Origin: an uncultured virus (IMG/VR IMGVR_UViG_3300048925_000594)
Taxonomy: Duplodnaviria > Heunggongvirae > Uroviricota > Caudoviricetes
Virus record (IMG/VR): IMGVR_UViG_3300048925_000594
Length of the DNA stretch: 21,534 nt
Direction: 5' to 3' (one strand)
Part shown: positions 8,800-15,129 of the stretch, one piece after another
How the letters are laid out: the number at the start of each line of letters is the position of its first letter
How positions within the stretch are numbered: the stretch's first letter is position 1
Made by a program: the position numbers and the translations under genes
Notes under the pieces: generated by a model
Databases searched by the model: none
Told to the model about the DNA's origin: nothing
What the model saw: the letters and a program-made list of their open reading frames with translations, nothing else

Positions 8800-9113
8800 A
8801 CCATGAACAGGTAGTGGCAATGGCAGAGGAAACAGGACTGCCCTTTGCCTATGACCATTTCGTGGAGGGACAGTCGCCAGAGCCGCCCTTTATAGTCTGT
8901 CTTTATCCAGGCGCTAACAATTTTGCGGCAGATGGGATCACTTATTTCAAAGTGAACCGACTGCATCTGGAACTGTATACCGATGAAAAATCCATAGAAC
9001 TTGAAGAAAAGGTAGAGGCTGTGCTTACCAGGCATGGCATTTTTTATGGAAAAAGCGAAGTATGGATTGAGTCAGAAAATCTATACGAGGTACTGTATGA
9101 AATGGAGGTTTAG
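8796..9113 (+). CDS. Putative tail terminator / tail-completion protein
   Basis: 105 aa, ATGA overlap, immediately upstream of the major tail gene; P.PPFI..ADG..Y...ELYTD pattern. Function assigned mainly by position. Confidence 0.7.
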   Translation: MNHEQVVAMAEETGLPFAYDHFVEGQSPEPPFIVCLYPGANNFAADGITYFKVNRLHLELYTDEKSIELEEKVEAVLTRHGIFYGKSEVWIESENLYEVLYEMEV

Positions 9114-9116
9114 TAA

Positions 9117-9779
9117 GTGGGAAATAAAGTGAAGTTCAATCTGTGCAATGCACATTATGCACAAATTAAGGCAGGAGAAAATGGGGAGAGTACCTTTGGG
9201 ACTCCGGCGGCACTTCCGGGAGCGGTGTCCATCAGCCTGGATCCCAACGGAGAGCCGGAATCCTTTTATGCGGACGGCATTGAGTATTACATTATCAATA
9301 ACAATATGGGCTATGACGGGGATTTAGAGCTTGCTATGATTCCAGAGTCCTTCCGCACGGACATTTTGAAGGAAGAAACAGATGCTAACAAGGTGCTGGT
9401 AGAAAACTGCAATTCGGAGACAGGCAGCTTTGCCCTGCTCTTTGAGTTTGATGGGGACGTGAAGAAGATCCGTCATGTGCTGTATAACTGTTCTGCATCC
9501 AGACCGAAGATTGAGTCAAAAACCAATGAGGAATCCAAAGAAGTGCAGACAGAAACGCTGACCATTAAAGCAAGGCCATTGGCAAGCGGCTATGTGAAGG
9601 CAAAGACTGGAGATTCCACTACTCAGACTGTATACGATAAGTGGTATGAAGCGGTGTATATGCCAGCCAGCTCTCCAGCAGTGGAAGCGGCACAGTTATC
9701 TGCTCTTTCAGCGCAGACCATAAGTAGGACAGCAACGTCAGTAACAGCGGAGAAAAAATCAGATACGAAAAAATCATAG
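9117..9779 (+). CDS. Major tail (tube) protein, phi13-family-like
   Basis: GTG start with RBS GGAGG; KVKF.L.N.HYA, PGAVSISLDP, FYADG, GY.GDLE.A, FALLFE, LYNC.ASRP motifs. Confidence 0.9.
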   Translation: MGNKVKFNLCNAHYAQIKAGENGESTFGTPAALPGAVSISLDPNGEPESFYADGIEYYIINNNMGYDGDLELAMIPESFRTDILKEETDANKVLVENCNSETGSFALLFEFDGDVKKIRHVLYNCSASRPKIESKTNEESKEVQTETLTIKARPLASGYVKAKTGDSTTQTVYDKWYEAVYMPASSPAVEAAQLSALSAQTISRTATSVTAEKKSDTKKS

Positions 9780-9794
9780 GAGGCAGGAAAGGGC

Positions 9795-10172
9795 ATGAGT
9801 ATTATCAAGACAATTGAGATTGACGGAAAGGATGTTTTATTTAAGGCGTCAGCGGCGATTCCGCGGATTTACCGCTTGAAGTTCCAGAGGGACATTTATA
9901 AGGATTTACGGGCGTTGGAGCAGAGCGTGAACGGCTCGGAAGAAGGGGAGTCAGGGCTTGACCTGTTTTCTTTGGAAATGTTTGAGAACATTGCGTTTGT
10001 GATGGCGAAACATGCAGAGGGTTCTATTCCTGACACGCTGGAGGAATGGCTGGATGGATTTAATACATTTTCCATTTACCAGGTGCTTCCGAAGCTGATT
10101 GAGCTGTGGGGATTGAATGTGCAGACGGATGTGGAGGCTAAAAAAAACTTCGCCCAACAGAGCGTGAAATGA
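9795..10172 (+). CDS. Tail assembly chaperone (lambda gpG analogue)
   Basis: 125 aa between MTP and TMP; ends ...EAKKNF... across an A8-C slippery run. Confidence 0.85.
   Translation: MSIIKTIEIDGKDVLFKASAAIPRIYRLKFQRDIYKDLRALEQSVNGSEEGESGLDLFSLEMFENIAFVMAKHAEGSIPDTLEEWLDGFNTFSIYQVLPKLIELWGLNVQTDVEAKKNFAQQSVK
10142..10148 (+). other. Programmed -1 ribosomal frameshift site A-AAA-AAC
   Basis: GCT AAA AAA AAC TTC in the chaperone frame; the -1 frame is open to TGA 10331-10333. Confidence 0.8.
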
Positions 10173-10333
10173 CAACGCCGCTGTTCCTCCTGCGGTGTGT
10201 GCAGCTAGGACTTACTATGCAGGATTTGGAACTGCTTTCCATTGGACTGATTAATGACATGTATGCGGAGAGCAGGAATGATGAGTGTAAGTTTGCGGAA
10301 GTGGCAACACAGGAGGATATGGATAAGTTCTGA
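10148..10333 (+). CDS. Frameshift extension of the tail chaperone (gpGT analogue; fusion 9795-10333, about 179 aa)
   Basis: The -1 frame reads LRPTEREMTTPLFLLRCVQLGLTMQDLELLSIGLINDMYAESRNDECKFAEVATQEDMDKF*. Missing from the ORF track. An internal ATG at 10169 also overlaps the gpG stop. Confidence 0.8.
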   Translation, partial: LRPTEREMTTPLFLLRCVQLGLTMQDLELLSIGLINDMYAESRNDECKFAEVATQEDMDKF

Positions 10334-10339
10334 TTTGCG

Positions 10340-10368
10340 TTGATTGAGCAGCCGTTTCCTGCTATACT
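10340..10368 (+). promoter_or_regulatory. sigmaA promoter for insert 2
   Basis: TTGATT (10340-45), 17 nt spacer, TATACT (10363-68), with extended TG at 10360-61. Confidence 0.7.
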
Positions 10369-10386
10369 GGTAGCAGAAAGCGGCTG
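10349..10386. repeat. 16-bp inverted repeat enclosing the -10 box
   Basis: CAGCCGTTTCCTGCTA-tactgg-TAGCAGAAAGCGGCTG (14/16 Watson-Crick pairs, one G-T, one mismatch); no U-tract on either strand. Confidence 0.85.
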
Positions 10387-10400
10387 GCAAAGTCAGCAGA

Positions 10401-10412
10401 AAACAGGAATTT
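10401..10412. repeat. Putative cassette arm (upstream type) AAACAGGAATTT
   Basis: Lies 2 nt before RBS AGGGGTG. Its reverse complement AAATTCCTGTTT matches the arm at 11758-11769 (AAATTCCATTTT) at 10/12. Confidence 0.45.
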
Positions 10413-10427
10413 GTAGGGGTGATATCT

Positions 10428-10475
10428 ATGAAGAATATATCGCTGAGTTTAGATAAAATTGAGCGTAAGAAATGA
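10428..10475 (+). CDS. Mini-ORF MKNISLSLDKIERKK (15 aa); leader peptide or truncated cassette remnant
   Basis: RBS AGGGGTG (10415-21) lies 6 nt before ATG 10428; first ORF downstream of the insert 2 promoter. Confidence 0.35.
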   Translation: MKNISLSLDKIERKK

Positions 10476-10520
10476 AGATTTGATTTATTTGTATAGATTA
10501 TTGTAACTGGAGGATGTTAT

Positions 10521-11186
10521 ATGAAAATAAAAAAAATGATGACTGTATCGAATGATTTAATAGATTTGTTCCGGAATCACGAATATGAACATTATGTACT
10601 ATATTTGATGAAAGAGTCTCAAAGCGTGTTTCCAGGAGAATATAAAATGGTAAATGAGCAATCTCACGGAGAATGTGATTTTATTGAGGTAAATTCAAAT
10701 ACTAAATATGATGCAAAGTTACATTTTCTTAAAAATCAACTAGAGCTATTAACAGATGGCAAACGACATAAACCTCAAATTGAAAAATGGATAAAAATAA
10801 TGCAGGCAGAAGCTTCTGATTTTGATCCGTTGGCTATTCGGAATAACAGGAATTACGATATCACTGAAACCCAATTGTATCAAATTATGAAGGAAGCAAT
10901 TTTGAGAGATAAGGTTGATGAAAACATTATTTTCTTCTTGCCATACCCTATATCTCTTAGTATTAGTGGAAGTATCTTTTTACAGTTTTGTACTGATTAT
11001 CTAAAAGCAATTTATAATAAGTTAACAGATGATATTGGTCTGAACGGGAGAAAAATATTTGTAATATATCCAGCTTCTGAAAAGAATCAATTCGCATTAA
11101 GAGATTTGAGTGCAAATCATACTGAATATATGATTTGTGCCGAATTGGAAAAATATTTTTCGTTTGAAGTGGTAAATGTAAATTAA
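10521..11186 (+). CDS. Accessory hypothetical protein, possible PD-(D/E)xK nuclease fold
   Basis: 221 aa, AT-rich, RBS GGAGG. E23...GECD53F-x9-D64AK66 has the spacing of a restriction-endonuclease-like active site. The CDS is well supported; the fold is inference. Confidence 0.75.
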   Translation: MKIKKMMTVSNDLIDLFRNHEYEHYVLYLMKESQSVFPGEYKMVNEQSHGECDFIEVNSNTKYDAKLHFLKNQLELLTDGKRHKPQIEKWIKIMQAEASDFDPLAIRNNRNYDITETQLYQIMKEAILRDKVDENIIFFLPYPISLSISGSIFLQFCTDYLKAIYNKLTDDIGLNGRKIFVIYPASEKNQFALRDLSANHTEYMICAELEKYFSFEVVNVN

Positions 11187-11218
11187 TAGTTTAAAACTCT
11201 TAATATATTGAGAATTAT

Positions 11219-11251
11219 AACTTCCAAGTTGTTGGGATAAAATTTGAATTT
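11219..11251. repeat. Putative cassette junction site: imperfect inverted repeat AACTTCCAAGTT-N9-AAATTTGAATTT
   Basis: Arms are 9/12 complementary. The site lies between the two accessory genes, and the right arm abuts RBS AGGAGGTG (11252-59). Confidence 0.45.
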
Positions 11252-11264
11252 AGGAGGTGTTTCT

Positions 11265-11744
11265 ATGGTAAATTTAAAAGATAAACAAACTTATCAGATT
11301 AGCATGGAAGATATTATTGAGGAATTAGAAAACTCCGAGTATAAGGCAAGATATAAAATATATGATACATATCTTTGGCAAGATGCTGATAGATGGCGTA
11401 GAGGAAATAAATCCAAATTTCAACAATCGTTGGTAGATGATAATTTAATGTTTTTTGCATATATAAAATTTTATGTAGATGATGGTAAAAAATATGCCTT
11501 AGTTGCTGGGAAAAGTGGTTCTTACACTGTTAATACTAGTTCTGGTTGTGATCTTGCATTTTACTTATATCCCCAAAAAGGTCTTGCAAAAAAATGGATA
11601 CACGATAATAAAAAGAAGTGGTGTCAAACAGAATTTTTGGTTATAGCAACTAATGCAAAAGAAAAAGAAAAAGAAAAAAGTTGCAAAGAGGCAGAGGAGA
11701 TTGAAAAGTATCTAGTGAGTAATTTTGGACTTTTTGAGAGTTGA
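11265..11744 (+). CDS. Accessory hypothetical protein, possible divergent GIY-YIG-like fold
   Basis: Start moved to ATG 11265 (RBS AGGAGGTG), giving 159 aa, AT-rich. FAYIKF...YALVAGKS plus C-terminal helix EAEEIEKYL. The CDS is well supported; the fold is inference. Confidence 0.72.
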   Translation: MVNLKDKQTYQISMEDIIEELENSEYKARYKIYDTYLWQDADRWRRGNKSKFQQSLVDDNLMFFAYIKFYVDDGKKYALVAGKSGSYTVNTSSGCDLAFYLYPQKGLAKKWIHDNKKKWCQTEFLVIATNAKEKEKEKSCKEAEEIEKYLVSNFGLFES

Positions 11745-11757
11745 ATATACGAATACC

Positions 11758-11769
11758 AAATTCCATTTT
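11758..11769. repeat. Putative cassette arm (downstream type) AAATTCCATTTT
   Basis: 13 nt after the stop of the last accessory gene; 9/12 identical to AACTTCCAAGTT (11219-30) and, like it, followed shortly by TAAAATT. Confidence 0.45.
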
Positions 11770-11811
11770 TCTTTGAGTTAAAATTATATATCTTAATAAT
11801 AATTTTTACAT

Positions 11812-11842
11812 AGACATCTGTCAAAAATGGCAGGTGTCTTTT
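11812..11842 (+). terminator. Intrinsic terminator closing insert 2
   Basis: AGACATCTGTCA-aaaa-TGGCAGGTGTCT (12 bp, 2 G-U pairs) followed by TTT. Confidence 0.75.
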
Positions 11843-11854
11843 CTATACATTTTT

Positions 11855-11877
11855 GAGCCTTTATTGGCTCTTTTTTT
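11855..11877 (+). terminator. Second tandem terminator-like hairpin upstream of the tape measure gene
   Basis: GAGCC-tttatt-GGCTC followed by T7. Confidence 0.55.
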
Positions 11878-11904
11878 CTGTCCAAACGTAGGGAGGGGTA
11901 TCCA

Positions 11905-14748
11905 ATGGCCAACCGAATACAGGGGATTACGGTGGAAATCGGCGGAGATACCACCAAACTTACAACTGCATTAAAGGGTGTCAATTCGGAAATCCGAAAT
12001 ACCCAGTCCCAGTTAAAGGATGTGGAGAAGCTCTTGAAGCTGGATCCGCATAATTCAGAACTGCTGGCACAGAAGCAGAGGCTTTTGACAGATGCAATCG
12101 GGGAGACGAAAGGTAAACTGGAGGCGTTGAAATCTGCTCAGCAACAAGTACAGCAGCAGTTTGAGCAGGGAGAGATTACAAAAGACCAGTACGATGCCCT
12201 GCAGCGGGAAATCATCGAAACAGAGCAGAACTTAAAAGACCTGGAAAAGCAGGCAAAGGAGACTAATACCTCCCTTTCAGGGTTTACGCAGGCAGCAGAA
12301 AAGATTGGGAAGTTCGGGGATTCCGCAGCTTCCGCCGGAAAGAAGCTTCTCCCGGTTACCGCAGCCATCACTGTAGCAGGCGGGGCATCTGCCAAGATGG
12401 CAATGGACTTTGAAGACGCTATGGCGAAGGTGAATACCATTGCAGATACTACAGAAGTTCCTCTCTCGGAACTGGAAAAGGCAATCATAGACCTGTCCAA
12501 CCAGACGGGTATTAGTTCCGCGGAAATTGCCAACAACGTATATGATGCGATTTCGTCAGGACAGAAGACAGGAGATGCGGTCAATTTTGTTTCCAATTCG
12601 ACCAAACTGGCAAGAGCTGGGTTTGCAGAAGCTGGGAATGCATTGGATGTCCTTACTACCATAATGAATGCTTATGGTCTTGAGGCATCTGAGGTAACCA
12701 GAGTATCTGATGTGTTGATTAAGACACAGGATCTTGGTAAAACCACAGTGGGGGAATTGTCCTCTTCCATGGGAAAAATTATTCCTACTGCGAAAGCCAA
12801 TGGTGTAGCCTTGGAACAGGTGGGGGCAGGATATGCGATTATGACTTCCAACGGTGTTGCAACTGCCGAATCCACTACCTACATGAATTCCATGCTTAAT
12901 GAACTTGGTAAGTCTGGTACAAAGGTGTCAGATACATTAAAAGAGAAAACAGGAAAATCCTTTCTGGAATTGATGCAGGAAGGAGCCAGTCTTTCTGACG
13001 TGCTGCAGATTATTTCTGACAGTGCAAAGGAACAGGGGCTGGCATTTAGTGATTTATGGGGAAGTACAGAAGCTGGGAAAGCTGGACTGATTCTGCTTGG
13101 TGACAGTGCTGCAACTTTTAATGAAACATTGGTAGAGATGCATAATTCTACAGGAGCAACAGAGACGGCTTTCGGAAAACTGAACACCAATTCCTATACC
13201 ATCCAGAAGGCTTTAAACCAGTTAAAGAACACAGCCATTGAACTGGGTTCTGCCATTATGAGTGCACTGGCTCCGATCATTATGGCACTGGCAGAGAAAA
13301 TTCAGGCATTCACCACTTGGTTTTCCGGATTGTCAGATGGCACCAAAAAGATGATTGTAATCATTGCAGGTATTGTGGCGGCTGTCGGTCCGGTACTGAT
13401 TATCATAGGTAAGATAGCCACGGGAATCAGTGCAGTAATGAGTCTGGTCGGTATGATAGCACCTGCCATTTCTGCTTTGATTCCGGTCATTGCCAGTGTG
13501 GGTGTACCAATCCTGGCTATTATTGCTGTGATAGTGGCAGTGATTGCCATTGGCAAGTTATTGATTGCTCACTGGGATGAAATCAAGACTGCGTGCATCA
13601 GCATCTGGACTGCGGTAAAGGAGTTCTTTGCCGGACTGTGGGAGAGCATTAAGCAGACAGCCGGTGCGGCATGGACAGCGATTTCCCAGTTCTTCTCCGC
13701 CATCTGGACAGGAATTTCCACGGCGGCACAGACTATCTGGAATGGGATTGCCACATTTTTCTCCACTTTGTGGGAAGGTATCAAGAACCTGTTCCAGACC
13801 GTGTTGACGGTAATTTCCACCATTGTCACTACTTACTTCAACATTTATAAGACTATCATCACTATAGTGCTGACAGCAATCCAGGCCATTTTCACTACGG
13901 TTTGGAATGCCATCAAGACAGTGGTCACAACGGTAGTTACGGCGGTGCAGACATTCCTTACTACGGCATGGAATACGATCCAGACAGTTATTACCACCGT
14001 TCTGAATGCGATTCAGAGCATTGTTTCTTCGGTATGGAATGGTATTAAAAATGTAGTATCCACGGTCATGAGTACGGTACAAAACGTGGTAAGCACAGCC
14101 TGGAATGTAGTGAAGAATACGGTATCTACGGTGCTGAATGCCATCAGAACCGCTGTTACAAATATTTTCAATAACATCGTAAACGGCATCGGTAGCTCCA
14201 TGAGCAACGTATACAATGCCGTAAAGAATGGGTTTGAGAAAGCGGCCGGATATATCAAGGGACTTGCTTCCAGCGCCTGGAACTGGGGTGTGGATATTGT
14301 CAATGGAATTGCAGACGGTATCCGTAATGCCGTTGGAAATGTAGTGGATGCGGTCAAGAGCATAGCAGACAAAATTGCGGCATTCCTCCATTTCTCCGTT
14401 CCGGACGAAGGACCGCTTACAGAATATGAATCCTGGATGCCGGACTTCATGACCGGGCTGGCAAAGGGCATTGAAAAGAGCCGGGGGTTAGTGGAAAACG
14501 CCGTGAAAGGCGTGGCATCCGATATGGTGGTCAGCCCGCAGGTGCGTATGGCAGATATGATGGCACAGCAGGCGGCATCTACTAATTCCATCAGTCACTT
14601 GCTTTCCGGCATAAAGGATTCGGTAAGCGGAATCAATATAGGCGGTGCGGAAACCATCTGTATCCCGGTGTACCTTGGCGGTACCCTGCTGGATGAAGTG
14701 GTGGTCAATGCACAGAACAGGCAGAATCTCAGATCAGGAGGGCGGTAA
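11905..14748 (+). CDS. Tail tape measure protein (TP901-type core)
   Basis: 947 aa; N-terminal MANRIQGITVEIGGDT plus coiled coil, TMP core (DFE.AM..V, LA.AG, GKTT..EL), a hydrophobic segment and 11-residue W/F-spaced repeats. Confidence 0.95.
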   Translation: MANRIQGITVEIGGDTTKLTTALKGVNSEIRNTQSQLKDVEKLLKLDPHNSELLAQKQRLLTDAIGETKGKLEALKSAQQQVQQQFEQGEITKDQYDALQREIIETEQNLKDLEKQAKETNTSLSGFTQAAEKIGKFGDSAASAGKKLLPVTAAITVAGGASAKMAMDFEDAMAKVNTIADTTEVPLSELEKAIIDLSNQTGISSAEIANNVYDAISSGQKTGDAVNFVSNSTKLARAGFAEAGNALDVLTTIMNAYGLEASEVTRVSDVLIKTQDLGKTTVGELSSSMGKIIPTAKANGVALEQVGAGYAIMTSNGVATAESTTYMNSMLNELGKSGTKVSDTLKEKTGKSFLELMQEGASLSDVLQIISDSAKEQGLAFSDLWGSTEAGKAGLILLGDSAATFNETLVEMHNSTGATETAFGKLNTNSYTIQKALNQLKNTAIELGSAIMSALAPIIMALAEKIQAFTTWFSGLSDGTKKMIVIIAGIVAAVGPVLIIIGKIATGISAVMSLVGMIAPAISALIPVIASVGVPILAIIAVIVAVIAIGKLLIAHWDEIKTACISIWTAVKEFFAGLWESIKQTAGAAWTAISQFFSAIWTGISTAAQTIWNGIATFFSTLWEGIKNLFQTVLTVISTIVTTYFNIYKTIITIVLTAIQAIFTTVWNAIKTVVTTVVTAVQTFLTTAWNTIQTVITTVLNAIQSIVSSVWNGIKNVVSTVMSTVQNVVSTAWNVVKNTVSTVLNAIRTAVTNIFNNIVNGIGSSMSNVYNAVKNGFEKAAGYIKGLASSAWNWGVDIVNGIADGIRNAVGNVVDAVKSIADKIAAFLHFSVPDEGPLTEYESWMPDFMTGLAKGIEKSRGLVENAVKGVASDMVVSPQVRMADMMAQQAASTNSISHLLSGIKDSVSGINIGGAETICIPVYLGGTLLDEVVVNAQNRQNLRSGGR
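13573..14286 (+). repeat. 11-aa (33-nt) degenerate tandem repeats within the TMP
   Basis: For example IWTAVKEFFAG/LWESIKQTAGA/AWTAISQFFSA/IWTGISTAAQT/IWNGIATFFST/LWEGIKNLFQT. Confidence 0.85.
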
Positions 14749-14750
14749 AT

Positions 14751-15113
14751 ATGGCATTCATTCAATATCTGGTCTTTGACAGTGTGCCGCTTCCCATGCC
14801 GGATTCCTATGAAGTGGAACTGTCCGATGTGGAGGCGGATACCGGAGGGGAAACAGAAGCCGGAACCACGCAGAGGGATGTGGTAAGGAGTGGGGTGGTG
14901 ACCATACCGGTTTCCTTTTCCTTAAGTCCCAAGTGGGTAAAGGCCCTGGCAGAATTTCGCAGGAAGTCTAAGATAACCGTGGAGTATTTTGACACAGAAA
15001 CACTGGATATCCGTAAGACAGAGATGTATATAGAGGGTTATAAAGCAAGCCTGGTGAAAGATACCTCCTACAAAGGCTTATGGACGGTGTCCTTTACACT
15101 GCGGGAATTTTAA
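14751..15113 (+). CDS. Putative distal tail (Dit-like) protein
   Basis: 120 aa, beta-rich, directly after the TMP; positional assignment. Confidence 0.65.
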   Translation: MAFIQYLVFDSVPLPMPDSYEVELSDVEADTGGETEAGTTQRDVVRSGVVTIPVSFSLSPKWVKALAEFRRKSKITVEYFDTETLDIRKTEMYIEGYKASLVKDTSYKGLWTVSFTLREF

Positions 15114-15129
15114 GGAAGGTGGTGTTTTC

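Noticed and set aside
11220..11247. XerCD dif / pdif-like site
   Set aside because: ACTTCCAAGTT resembles the left arm of the Bacillus subtilis dif site (ACTTCCTAGAA), but the conserved TTATGT(A/T)AA right arm is absent after a 6-nt spacer.
11657..11679. (AAAGAA)n run encoding KEKEKEK as a phase-variable repeat
   Set aside because: It is short and in-frame (6-nt unit), so slippage would not switch the gene, and it is unremarkable in AT-rich DNA.
10340..11877. CRISPR mini-array or classical integron (attC/IntI) in insert 2
   Set aside because: There are no equal-length direct repeats with spacers, no RYYYAAC...GTTRRRY attC structure recognised, and the only integrase is Tn916-like rather than IntI.
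12138..14591. Long minus-strand ORFs (174, 277, 192 aa and others) antisense to the tape measure gene
   Set aside because: They are shadow ORFs of a repetitive, biased coding sequence, with no recognisable motifs.
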